DNA from: Octopus sinensis
Taxonomy: Eukaryota
Length of the DNA: 64,000 bases
Assembly (NCBI RefSeq): GCF_006345805.1
Contig: NC_043011.1
Location: 45,086,464-45,150,463, forward strand
Direction of reading: 5' to 3'
A model generated the notes under the pieces. That model saw nothing but the letters and a program-made list of their open reading frames with translations, did not search any database and was not told where the DNA came from. Within the stretch, counting starts at the first letter, position 1. Each line of letters opens with the position of its first letter. Positions 50,187 to 62,889 of the stretch are shown here, piece by piece. A program made the position numbers and the translations under genes.

Positions 50187-52587
50187 AGTAAAGGCTAAAT
50201 TTGTCTAAGCATGCAGTTGTTTGTGAATATTTGCTACTGATGAGGATGAAAGTTGCAGAAATTTAGGTTTAGCAATTCCACCACTGCTGCTGGATGGTTT
50301 TCTTTTGTTACACATCTGTACGAGATGCTCACTAGCTTTCTACATTATATATATTCTTTTATTCTTTTACTTGTTTCAGTCATTTGACTGCGGCCATGCT
50401 GGAGCACCACCTTTAGTTGAGCAAATCGACCCCGGGACTTATTCTTTGTAAGCCCAGTACTTATTCTATCGGTCTCTTTTGCCGAACCGCTAAGTGACGG
50501 GGACGTAAACACGCCAGCATCGCTTGTCAAGCAATGCTAGGGGGACAAACACAGACACACAAACACACACACACACATATATATATATATACATATATAC
50601 GACAGGCTTCTTTCAGTTTCCGTCTACCAAATCCACTCACAAGGCATTGGTTGGCCCGGGGCTATAGCAGAAGACACTTGCCCAAGGTGCCACGCAGTGG
50701 GACTGAACCCGGAACCATGTGGTTGGTTAGCAAGCTACTTACCACACAGCTGTTAAGGAAAGGTATATTAAACGATATGGTCCAAAAATATACAAAATAC
50801 AGCAACAGGTGAAATAACAACAAACAAGCTGTATTAGTTTGATGCTCATGAAAAATAGAAGTTTTTGATGTTTCAAGTCTATGTTTCTTCTACTAAAAGA
50901 AGTGAGGAGAGTAAACAGATGGAGAGAGAGAAAGAAACGTGTCAATCCTAAGCAGGACATACAGCCTGGACCAATAATGGCCAAAGCCTAAGTTAAGTAA
51001 ATGTACTATATATAAATAAAAGACTGGATGGTCATGGCCGGAACACAGGTCTGCTGGATCGAGGCTGACCTGAAATAGCAACAAAAGCATTGAAAATGTG
51101 ATCTATGAAAAGAAGTTGTCTTCCTCTTCAATCCTTTGTTGTTATTGTTTTCATTTCACTTCAAATCTCCACGTTATCTTTTACTCTTTTATTCGTTTCA
51201 GTCATTTGACTGTGGCTATGCTGGAGCACCGCCTTTAGTCGAGCAAATCGACCCCAGGACTTATTCTATCGGTCTCTTTTGCCGAACCACTAAGTTATGG
51301 GGACGTAAACACACCAGTCAAGTGATGTTGGTGGGGACAAACACAGACAAACAAACATATACACACATACATATATATACATATATACGACGGGCTTCTT
51401 TCAGTTTCCGTCTACCAAGGCTTTGGTCGGCCCATATTTATATATATCAATAAATTATATTGTGTAAAATGGCAACCTGGCAGAATCATTACCATACTGG
51501 GCAAAGTGCTTAATAGCATTTTGTCTGTTTTCATGTTCTGGGTTCAAATTCTACTGAGGTCGACTTTACCTATTTCTTTATTACCCACAAGGGGCTAAAC
51601 ATAGAGGGGACAAACAAGGACAGACATAGGTATTAAGTTGATTACATCGTCCCCAGTGCGTAATGGTACTTTATTTATCGACCCCGAAAGGATGAAAGGC
51701 AAAGTCGACCTCGGCGGAATTTGAAATCAGAATGTAACGACAGACGAAATACCGCTAAGCATTTCGCCCGGCGCGCTAACGTTTCTGCCAGCTCGTCGAC
51801 TTTACCTTTCATCCTTTTGGGGATGGGGCAATAAAATAGAACCAGGTGAGAACTGCGGTCAATGTATTCAACTTACCCCTCCCCTAAAATTCCTGGCCTT
51901 GTGCCAAAATTTGCAACCAATAATTATATAGTGTGGATTACTAGAATGGTTACAGCTTCAGACAAAGTACCTTACAAGGTTGGATTTATGTGTGGGCCAT
52001 GGTCCAGGGGCTCTCTAGCGTTGTGAGAGTTCCTTGAACTGCTGGAAGCCTAAAGCCTGGAGTTAAAAATTAAAAATATATTTACCGCCATCAAATAAAT
52101 AATTTGTAATTTTTTTTACTTGTTTAAATTTTTTAAATCCAAAAGAGTTCTTTAAAAATTATTGAACCCTCTTTTGATTTTTTGGTCTCTTAGCAACATT
52201 TCATCCGTCTTTATGTTCTGTGTTCAAATTCTGCCACGGTCAACTTTGCCTTTCATCCTTTTGGAGTCAATAATATAAATACCAGTCAAGTACTGGAGTC
52301 AATGAAATCAACTATCTGCTCCCCACAAATTCCAGCCCTTGTGCCTATAGTAGAAAGGATTATTATTATTATTATTATTAAGGCGATGAGTTAGTAGAAT
52401 TGTTAGTGCACCAGGAAAAATGCTTAGCAGTTTATCAGTTCAAATTCTGCTGCGGTCAGCTTTGCCTTTCATCCTTTCAGGGTCAATAAAATAAATACCA
52501 GTTGAATACTGGGGTCGATGTAATGACTACCCCTTTCCTAAAAATTTCAGGCCTTGTGCCTATATTAGAAAGAATTATTATTATTAT

Positions 52588-52935
52588 TACCTCTGCCTTA
52601 GCAAAGGTGGAGGTATTGTTTTCAGTTACGTTTGTTTGTCCGTGAAGAACCGCTGGATAGATTTGGACGAAACTTTCAGGGATATTTGGCCTCATGACTG
52701 GCATGAACTGATTAGATTTTGGGATCGATCCAGTACCAAACAAGGATTCTGGATTATTTTTCTGGGTTTTTTACTTAAATTTTGAGAGTGGTCGGGTTCA
52801 TTTTAAGTATTTTCATTTGTGAGAGCAGTCGAGTTTATTTCAGATATTCTCATTTTAAAAATCATCCCTGGCTAATCGTTGAAAGGATGTTGGTGTTGCC
52901 TTGGCAGAGGTTTGCGCTTTCTGAATGCTCTTGTT
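52588..52935 (+). mobile_element. Helentron-associated non-autonomous element, copy 2
   Basis: Same architecture and sequence as 18007-18315. Confidence 0.65.
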
Positions 52936-52970
52936 GTTGTTGTTGTTATTATTATTATTATTATATTATT

Positions 52971-53033
<63 letters not shown>

Positions 53034-53248
53034 TTACAACTTTTTATGCTCTGAGTTCAAATCTTGCTGAAGTTCACTTTGCGTTTCATATTGTTATGGT
53101 GGAAAAGTACCAGTCATTAAATGTGGGTGAGTGTGTGTGTGTGGTTTTGAGTCCCTCAGCCACTATCACCTCCTCCTTCCTCCTATAAATATCCCACCCC
53201 TTCCGTCTGTGCCCTTCATGTAAGAAGTTGTCTTATTTGTCATTGTAG

Positions 53249-53460
53249 TGCAGAAGATGATGGAGAAGGCTTTGTGATCAACCTTCCAAACATGGCCCTC
53301 CGTTTGAAGGCCTTCGAGTACTGGAAGTGTGCTGAGACAGGGGTCTCCTCCAACACAACACTTCACCATCACAGCAATGGTGATGTGGGTGTCAATGATG
53401 ATGACGATGATGGATGTAATAAATTGCTATTTGTCATCGCTGAAAGCTTGAAAGACTCAG
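53249..53460 (+). CDS. HPDL: HPDL exon 2: (S)AEDDGEGFVINLPNMALRLKAFEYWKCAETG...LLFVIAESLKDS(E)
   Basis: tgtag acceptor, cag|gtaaaa donor, 212 nt. Phases 2/1 fit the flanking exons. The G-F...LRLxA...V(I/L)AES pattern matches HPDL. Confidence 0.88.
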
Positions 53461-53794
53461 GTAAAAATAATATATTGTTATTTTTGTTGTTGTTGTTGTT
53501 ATTTTTTAACCCTGGGTCAGCCCTGATCAAGCAGACCTATGATCTGTGACAATCCAACTTTGATCATCCCATCTTTTCCTTATGTGCCAGGAGCCCTGGA
53601 CTATATTATCCAGCATGTGCTTAACTAAGATGATGGGATGTGATTTGAGATTTGGCTGCTATTTCTAGCATTTCGTCTGATTACAGTCTATGTTAGAGCA
53701 AATGTTACAATCTGGAACTGTGACCAACAAAGGTCAGGGATATTGACTCCCCCCCTCCCTGCCTACTTCATTTCTTGCTCCTTGCCTGGTTCTA

Positions 53795-53874
<80 letters not shown>

Positions 53875-53883
53875 ATATATATC

Positions 53884-53914
<31 letters not shown>

Positions 53915-54620
53915 AGGAATTCCAACTACGTCTGTTTTTATGTTTTATTTATATTCTTTATATATTAATGTAGAATATAGAATCATCATCATCATCATCA
54001 TCGTTTAGCGTCTGTTTTCCATGCTAGCATGGGTTGGAGAATATATAGTATAAATAGTATATATAGTGTAAAATGAAATGAAGTATTGATTGTCTTATTG
54101 AATAGATGAAATATTGAATATAAAATATTAAGGGACTAGTATGCTTTCTTGCATTAAAGCAGTCTTCAAGGTCCCAGGTCGTGACAGGAGTGTTTCAACA
54201 GCCTTACATGCTACTTCTAGCATGTAAGGCTGCCTGTTAAGGGTCGCCTCTTTTGTGTTTAAATGCGCACTAATTTTATATGAATATATATATATATATA
54301 TATATATATTATCATCATCATCATTTATTGTCCATCTTCCATGCTGGCATGGGTTGGATGGTTTGAGAGGAGCCAAACCATGTGTCTGTTTCAGCATGGT
54401 TCTTACAGCTGGATGCCCTTCCTAACACCAACCACCTCATAGAGTGGACTGAGTGCTTTTCATGTGGCACCAGCACCAGCAGAGTCACTAGGTTACTTGC
54501 AAGACAATGAATTTTGAGAGGGGGAAGGAGTATTGGAGGGGGTGATCTTGTGTCAGATGATGGAAGATTAGAGTGTGACAGAGAGGCAGAAACAGGAGTC
54601 TTGCTACATATATATATATA

Positions 54621-54785
54621 GGCGCAGGAGTGGCTGTGTGGTAAGTAGCTTGTTAACCAACCACATGGTTCCGGGTTCAGTCCCACTGCGTGGCATCTTG
54701 GGCAAGTGTCTTCTGCTATAGCCCCGGGCCGACCAATGCCTTGTGAGTGGATTTGGTAGACGGAAACTGAAAGAAGCCTGTCGTA

Positions 54786-54830
<45 letters not shown>

Positions 54831-55028
54831 ATGTGTGTTTGTCCCCCTAGCATTGCTTGACAACCGATGCTGGTGTGTTTACGTCCCCGTAACTTAGCGG
54901 TTCAGCAAAAGAGACCGATAAAATAAGTACTGGGCTTACAAAGAATAAGTCCCGGGGTCGATTTGCTTGACTAAAGGCGGTGCTCCAGCATGGCTGCAGT
55001 CAAATGACTGAAACAAGTAAAATAGTAA
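54621..55028 (+). mobile_element. SINE family A, full-length copy
   Basis: Head to gaaacaagtaaaa tail, matching the other copies. Confidence 0.85.
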
Positions 55029-55081
55029 ATATATATATATACTCACTACCAGTGGATTAGCGTGTATATAATGTTTTGGTG

Positions 55082-55154
55082 TAGCCACTGATGAGATCTT
55101 CACCTAGCAAATTATTTTATTTGCTAATCAGAGTTTGAAATCTGGGTATGGCTA
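55082..55154 (+). ncRNA. Decayed type I hammerhead motif in HPDL intron 2
   Basis: tagcca-CTGATGA-...tagcaaat/atttgcta...-GAAA-tctggg-TA-tggcta. Stem I is a perfect 6 bp; the base of stem II and stem III are eroded. Confidence 0.55.
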
Positions 55155-56174
55155 TAAAAAACACAAGGTAAAAGTTTTTATTTTTCATTCCCTTTGAAAT
55201 TGCTCTTAAATGTGGTTTTGGTTGTTTTGACTGCTACTTCTAGCATGTAAGGCTGCCTATTAAAGGTCGCCTCTTTTGTGTTTAAATGTACACTAATTTT
55301 ATATGTGTAAAAGATTTCAGTGAGGTCGTTGCCAGAACTGCCTGACTGGCCCCGTGTCGGTGGCACATAAAAGCACCCACTACACTCTCAGAGTGGTTGG
55401 CGTTAGGAAGGGCATCCAGCTGTGGAAACTCTGCCAAATCAAGATTGAAGCCTGGTGCAGCCATCTGGTTCACCAACCCTCAGTCAAATCGTGCAACCCA
55501 TGCTAGCATGGAAAGCGGGCGTTAAACGATGATGATGATGATGATGATATATATATATATATATTATATATATATATAACCACACATATGCTTTTTGTGG
55601 ACTTTTTCCTTCTTCGGACCTTTCCTTTCTCCATTTGATGAAGAGCTATGCTTGTAAAGTAAAAACCACTCTTTTTTTCGCATCTTTCCTGAATGTTCTC
55701 CATATGTGCGTCTTACTATTGTTTTGTTATTTTTAATGTTCAGTTTGACCATGTATATATTGCACTCAACTTACAGCTTTAAGAGTATTTTAACTCTTAT
55801 TTCTAGCAATGTAGGTGCTTTGGTACACTTAATTACATTTGGTGATAATTAAAATTTTTCTTTGTGGTATTACATTGCACCTAGCTGTTTATATTAAATT
55901 ATATATATATATATGTGTGTGTGTGTATGTATATCATCATCGCTTAACGTCCATTTTCTGTGCTGGCACGGGTTGGACGGTTCGACCGGGGTCTGGGAAG
56001 CCAGGGGCTGCACCAGGCTCCGGTCTGATCTGGCAGTGTTTCTACAGCTGGATGCCCTTCCTAACGCCAACCACTCCGCGAGTGTAGTGGGTGCTTTTTA
56101 CGTGCCACGGGAGTCTGGCATCAGCCACGATCAGTTGGTGCTTTTAACGTGCCACTGGCACGGAAGCCAGCCAA

Positions 56175-56309
56175 GGCGGCGCTGGCATCGGCGGCGCTGG
56201 CATCGGCGGCGCTGGCATCGGCGGCGCTGGCATCGGCGGCGCTGGCATCGGCGGCGCTGGCATCGGCGGCGCTGGCATCGGCGGCGCTGGCATCGGCGGC
56301 GCTGGCATC
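56175..56309. repeat. Perfect 15-bp GC-rich tandem repeat x9
   Basis: (ggcggcgctggcatc)9. Confidence 0.95.
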
Positions 56310-56406
56310 GGCCACGTTCGAATGGTATATGTATGTACATATATACACATAGCTTTTTTTTTTCTATTTCCAGTAGATAAACTTCTTATCGTGTTTATCA
56401 TTTCAG

Positions 56407-56558
56407 AACCAAACCAAGTGGACACATTTCTGAAGGATCACAAAGGTCCAGGGATCCAGCATGTTGCCCTTCATACAGGGAACATAGTCGACACTGTCAG
56501 CCGTCTGAAACAACAGGGTCTACAGTTTGTGGACCCTCCACATACTTATTACAAAGAG
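56407..56558 (+). CDS. HPDL: HPDL exon 3: (E)PNQVDTFLKDHKGPGIQHVALHT...FVDPPHTYYKE
   Basis: tttcag acceptor, gag|gtgggt donor, 152 nt, phase 1/0. QVxxFLxxHxGPGIQHVAL motif with the second Fe-ligand His. Confidence 0.95.
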
Positions 56559-56574
56559 GTGGGTTATAATTTAG

Positions 56575-56965
56575 TTACCACCATCACCACCACCACCATC
56601 ATCACAGTCACAACATCATCATCATAATCATCACATTAACAATCACAACCACCACCACCGTATTCATCCTAACCATCATCACAATCACAACTACCACCAC
56701 CACCATTATCCTCATCATCATAATTACCATCATTATTGCAATCACAATCACCACTACCACTACCTTCACCATCGCTATCATCACCACCATCACTACTACC
56801 ACCACCTATCTTCATCATTATCACCACCACCACCACTGCCTCCCCACCAAAATGACTACTACCACTAACACTACTACTACTCATACCTATAATACAACAA
56901 CCCTCACCATTTCTCCCCTTACAACCACCACCTACACCACCACCAATACCCAATACTACTGGTAC
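56575..56965. repeat. Degenerate (CAC/CAT/CAA)n trinucleotide tract filling HPDL intron 3
   Basis: Directly visible low-complexity triplets. Confidence 0.9.
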
Positions 56966-56992
56966 CAACAAACAAAATTTTATTTTTTCCAG

Positions 56993-57111
56993 ATAAATGG
57001 AATGTTGAAAGATTTAAACATGAAGGAATCAGTTTCAAGACTGGAAGACCTCGGTATCTTGGTTGATGTTGAGTATGGTAATGACAAAAACCACGGTGAC
57101 AAAAAGGCAAA
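56993..57111 (+). CDS. HPDL: HPDL exon 4: INGMLKDLNMKESVSRLEDLGILVDVEYGNDKNHGDKKA(K)
   Basis: ttccag acceptor, gtaagt donor, 119 nt, phase 0/2. LxxLGILVD motif. Confidence 0.92.
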
Positions 57112-57279
57112 GTAAGTATGGCTGTTGAGTTATATGGGAAGGTCATGAATGGGATGTCTTTGGTCATAGGTCTGGTTATTCTATCAGGGCTGTACTAGGG
57201 TTAAACAACAACACAACAGCACCACAACTAATAAGGCAGCCTCATATGCAATCACTGACACTTCAAGAAATAATGATTC

Positions 57280-60200
57280 TGATTTTGGCACAAGGTCTGC
57301 TATTTTGAGGGGAAGGGTGAGACGATTACAGTGACCCCAGTACTCGAGTGGTACTTTATTTTATTGCCTTGGTGGCGAGCTGGCATTCAAGGCAGTGAGC
57401 TTGCAGAATCTTTAGCACGCCGGGTGAAATGCTTAGCGGTGTTTTGTCTGCTGCTATGTTCTGAGTTCAAATTCTGCTGAGGTCGGCTTTGCCTTTCATC
57501 CTTTCGGGGTCGATAAATTAAGTACCAGTTACACACTGGGGTCGATGTAATCGACTTAATACCTATGTCTGTCCTTGTTTGTCCCCTCTGTGTTTAGCCC
57601 CTTGTGGGTAATAAAGAAATAGGTATTTCATCTGCTGCTATGTTCTGAGTTCAAATTCTGCTGAGGTCAACTTTGCCTTTCATCCTTTCAGGGTCGATTA
57701 AATAAGTACCAGCTTAATAAGGACCAAGTTGTTATACTAAATTCTTCATCTTCATCGACATTGTTTTAATGTTCACATTTCCATGCTTGCGTGCATCAGA
57801 TGGAATTTGTTGAGCAGGTTTCCTTTGACCAGATGGTAATCGGAGGACATGGCCTGCAAATTGCAAGCAGTGCTCAGTGACAACATCATGGAGTAGACGG
57901 GTATCAGTTCAGCGATGTATCTCATCGTTGGTGATGTGGTCCTCGTATGATATTCACAGTATCCGCCAGAAGTATTGTAGTTGAAATACATTGAGCCTTC
58001 GCAGTATCTTTGCCTATGTCTTCCATGTTTCCGCCACATATATTGCCGATGGTATGACGATGTTGTTGAAGAGGCACACAGAGTACCTAACAGAACATAG
58101 AAGTGATATAGAGTACCGCACAGAAAAGAGTACAGAGGCAGTTAAGTAAATATATATTCTAGTTCTACAAAGATATAAAAAAAGTATTTAAATATATACT
58201 CTGCTTCTATAAATTTATGGAGTTTATTACCCTTGTGGAAATAAAAGGAATTATTGTTATTATAAAGGTGGCGAGCTAGCAGAACTGGTAGACTCTGCCT
58301 TTCATCATTTTGGGATTGATAAAATAAGTACCAGTTGAATACTGGGGATCGATGTAATTGACTAACCCCCTCCTCCAAAATTACTGGCCTAAAATTACTT
58401 GTGCCTAAATCTGAGACCATTATGAAGGCAGCAAACTGGCAGAATCATTAGCATGCCCGGTCAAATGCTTACCAGCACTTCATCAGTCTTTACATTCTGG
58501 GTTCAAATTCCACAGAGTTTGAATTTGTCTTTCAGCCTTTCGGGGGTCAATAATATAAGTACCAGTGAAACATTGGGGTCGATGTAATTGACTCATTCCT
58601 CTCCTAAACTTACTGGCCTTAGGCCAAAATTTGAAATTATTATTATTATTATTATTATTATTAGAGTGAGGAACTGGCAGAATTCTCAGAGCAATAGACA
58701 AAATATTTAGCAACATTTATTCCAGCTCTTTACGCTCAGATTTCAAATCCTGCCAAGATCAACCTTGCCTTTTATCCTTGCCCCTTCCCTCAAAAATGCT
58801 GGCCTTGTGCCAAAATTAGAAAGAATTATGATTATTCTTTTCTACTCTAGGCACAAGGCCCGAAATTTTGGGGGAGGGGGGCCAGTCGATTAGATCGACG
58901 CCAGTACGTAACTGGTACTTAATTTATCGACCTCGAAAGAATGAAAGGCAAAGTCGACCTCGGCGGAAATTGAACTCAGAACGTAAAGACAGACGAAATA
59001 CCTATTTCTTTACTACCCAGAATGAGCTAAACACAGAGGGGACATACAAGGACAGACAAACGGATTAAGTCGATTATATCGACCCCAGTGCGTAACTGGT
59101 ACTTAATTTATCGACCCCGAAAGAATGAAAGGCAAAGTCGACCTCAGCGGAATTTGAACTCAGAACGTAACGGCAGACGAAATAGCACTAAGCATTTCGT
59201 CCGGCGTGCTAACGATTCTGCCAGCACGCCGCCTTAGAATTATGATTATTCAACTATTAGTAAATAGATGCTGGGAGATATAGAGTTATCTCCCTTCATG
59301 TTCCAAGTTCAAATTCTGCTGAGGTTCCCTTTGTATTTCATTCTTTCAAATTTATTAGTTTTTTTTTTCTTTTTTAATCCTAAATCAGCCTTGATGGAAT
59401 AGATATTCCAGATTTGATCATCCCATCTACTTTTAGGCGTGTACAACAAAATACATAATATAACGGCTTTAATTTGTAAGGTTGTAAGTATGATATGAGC
59501 ATGATTTAGCTGCTATTTCTAGCAAGTTTAGTGACTATGTAGCAACTTGAATTTTGAAGCTGATAAAATAGATACCAGTCAAATACTGGGGCCAATATCA
59601 CCAGCTTTAAGCCTATCCTTTAAAAACATTCTGTTGCTTTGTGCCTAAGTGAAAAACTAAGCTGGCAGAATTGTTAGCACATCAGACAAAATGCTTAACA
59701 TTTGTTCTAGCTCCTAACAAATCCTGCTGAAACCATCTTTACATATAATCCTCTTGGGGTCAATAAAAAAAACTGCTGGCAAAAATTGGAAAGCATTCTT
59801 CTTTCTTCTTCTTCTTCTCAGCACACCATATGCTTTACACTCTGAGTTCAAATTCCACTAAGGTCGACTTTTATTATCATTTTCTGCTCTAGGCACAAGG
59901 CCTGAAATCTTTGGGGAGAAGGCCAGTTGATTAGATTGACCCCAGTACGCAACTGATACTTAATTTATTGACCCCGAAAGGATGAAAGGCAAAGTCGACC
60001 TCAGTGGAATTTGAACTCAGAACGTAAAGACAGACGAAATACCACTAAGAATTTCGCTTGGTGTGCTAACGTTTCTGTCAGCTCGAATTGTTATTATTTT
60101 ATAGGAAGGTGAATTGACAGAATCATCAGAAAATCGGATATAATGCCTTGTGGTATTTATTTCAGCTCTGCATTTTGTGTTCAAATCCCGCTGAGGTCAA

Positions 60201-60320
60201 CTTGACCTTTCATCCCTTAACAATCAATAAATTAAGGTTCCAGTCAAATGCTGGGGTTGATGGTATCAACAAATCCCCTACTCTTAAAATTGTTGGCCTT
60301 GTGCTTAAATCAGAATCTAT
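57280..60320. mobile_element. Dense cluster of nested and inverted family-B SINEs in HPDL intron 4
   Basis: Repeated gcctttcatcc...gtcgataaa...gtaccagt cores in both orientations. Confidence 0.8.
57835..58080 (-). mobile_element. Degraded RTE-like LINE fragment
   Basis: LFNNIVIPSAIYVAETWK...RRLNVFQ...RIL / SYEDHITNDEI...LQFAGHVLR. Confidence 0.7.
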
Positions 60321-60819
60321 TATTATTGTTGTTACTATTCAGTGAACCTCCCAAAACTGTCTTTGGATTTCTTGGCATGGTTAATACCCTCCTTACACCC
60401 CATCTGTGGGGGGGCTTTGGTATAATCCTAGTTGAAACCTCACGGGATTTTTGAATATGTTATTTTTGTCTGTTTTACTTTTGTTTTGCCAGAGAGAGCT
60501 CAACTGTTACAACAAAATCAAAACCTCAGATTTTGGGGAATATTTTTATCTAATTTGACCCTTTGCCTGTCCAAAGTATTTTCATACTTTTGTCCGAAAA
60601 GTCCATGTTTAGCTAGCTCTTGTTTCATATGTTCTCAATAAAGCTTTCTCTTCCTAAGTCCCAAGTTACTCTGGTGAGTGAAAATAAATTGACAGGCCCC
60701 TGATGTTTTAAAAAAGAGTGCTAACACTAATGGTATGCAAGTTAGTAATCCCAGGTTTCCCTAGCAACTGCAATTGTTTAATATATAAACAGATTGGCTG
60801 CTTGTTTTTCTGGGATGGA

Positions 60820-61225
60820 TCAGGGCAGCTGACTTGGCAGACACCCATAAAATTATCAACCATCGTGCAAACAATAACTCTGAGCACCTTTTCAAACTCC
60901 ACCCATCTAACACCCGTGGATATAGTTACAAAGTCAGAAAACAACACAGCTCCCATGACTTCAGGAAACATTTTTTCACGCTGAGAGTTGCTGAAGCGTG
61001 GAACAAACTGCCGGCATCAGTTGTTAGTTGTCGGAGCACTGCATCCTTCAAAACTTCCATGCTTTCTGAGATTTGCCAACACTACACCTGATTTTCAGGC
61101 ATGTATCTGACTCATACATTGTTCGCTTTCCAGACATTTTTACATTACTGCATATACTTTATATGCACTTTCTGACAAGTTGTGGTGCACCTGAGCACTG
61201 TATACAATAATTTCATTATTTATTT
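60820..61225 (+). mobile_element. CR1-type LINE 3' end, copy 2
   Basis: HKIIN...LFKLHPSNTRGYSYKV...FFTLRVAEAWNKLP, with the same 3' UTR as the 45870 copy. Confidence 0.8.
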
Positions 61226-62889
61226 ATAAAATGCCTCTGATGAGATCCCAATAAGATTAGAAAATCTATTGTTGTTCATAATTTTTCCAATTTGCAGAGA
61301 AACAGCTCAATTAGTCCTATTTATATAGGTACTATGTAGGTTTAATGTGTTCTCCGCTTATCACCGTGTGATATGTAGGGCAGGCAAAGGGTTAAACAAC
61401 CACATCAATAATAGTAGTTATTATTTGCCACAAGGGCAAAAATGAGAAAACATTACAAGAACACTTGATAAATTTCTTCTGAAATATAAGAAACAGAGAA
61501 TTAATCTTTTTGCCTCTTTTACTCTTTTACTTGTTTCAGTCATTTGACTGCTGCCATGCTGGAGCACTGCCTTTAGTCGAGCAAATTGACCCCAGGACTT
61601 AATCTTTGGAAGCCTAGTACTTATTCTATCGGTTTCTTTTGCTGAACTGCTAAGTTACGGGAACGTAAACACACCAGCATCGGTTGTCATGCAATGTTGG
61701 GGGGACAAATACAGACACACAAACATATAGACACATATACATATATATATGTACATATACACGATGGGCTTCTTTTAGTTTCTGTCTACCAAATCCGCTC
61801 AAGGATTTGGTCGGCCCGAGGCTATAGTAGAAGACACTTGCCCAAGGTGCCACGCAGTGGGAATGAACCCAGAACCATGTGGTTAGTAAGCAAGCTACTT
61901 ACCACACAGCCACTCCTGCGCCTGTTCAAAGCATTTCCGTAAGTTTGTCCCAAATGTCCATGCTTGTTTTCAGACTTTTTGTTAAGCCCTCTTTCATATG
62001 TTTTGTGTAGTATAAAGCTTTAAGTCCCAAGTTACCCTGGTGGGTGAAAATAATTGGGAATGTGTATCATATGTGAATCATGGACATCAGAGAAACACGT
62101 CCTGAATATCACATGTGATACACAAGACAAGCAAAGTGTTAATTTTATTTACATATATATTTTATTCTTTTTGGAAATTGTAGTTAAGATACCCGTGCCA
62201 GTGGCATGTAAAAAGAACCCACTACACTCACGGAGTATTTGGCATTAGGAAGGGCATCCAGCTGTAGAAACACTGCCAGATCAGACTGGAGCCTGGTGTA
62301 GCTTCCTGGCTTCCCAGACCCCAGTTGAACCGTCCAACCCATGCCAGCATGGAAAACGGACGTTAAACGATGTTGATGATTTTATATATTTTATATATAT
62401 ATATTTTATTTTTTATATATATATTTTATTTACATATGTAATTTTATTTACATATATATATATTTGTTTGTTTGCTTTATCTTTTGCTTGTTTCAGTCAA
62501 TAGATTGCGGCCATACAGGGGCACCACCTTGAAGAATTCTAGTCAAATGAATCAACCCCACTACTCATTCTATCGATCCCTTTTGCCAAACCACTAAGTT
62601 ATGGGGGCATAAACACACCCGCACCAGTCGCCAGGCAGTGAGTGGAGGACAAACACAGACACAAGCACATGCATATATACAAGGGGCTTCTCTCAGTTTC
62701 TGCTTATCAAATCCATTCACAAGGCTTTGGTTGGCCTGAAGCTATAGCAGGTGACACTTGCCCAAGGTGTCAGGCAGTGGGACTGAACCTAGAACCATGT
62801 GGCTGGGAAGCAAAACTTTTTACCACACAGCCATGCCAACACCTATTTGTTTGTTTATTTATTTATTTGTTTTGTTTTTGTTTTTGCAG

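Noticed and set aside
54321-54863. 180-aa ORF and similar recurring 'LLSVSVYQIHSQG' / 'DLAEFLQLDALPNANHS' peptides
   Set aside because: These are translations of SINE families A and C, recurring wherever the repeats occur.
55913-56425. ORFs with RRWHR/MPAPP/ADASA repeats
   Set aside because: These are translations of the 15-bp tandem repeat.
56852-56992. Thr-rich N-terminal extension of HPDL exon 4
   Set aside because: It is intronic trinucleotide repeat. A strong acceptor at 56992 with the correct phase defines the exon.
61230-61315. ctgatga...gaaacagct hammerhead candidate
   Set aside because: No convincing stem I or UH triplet. At best a heavily decayed relic.
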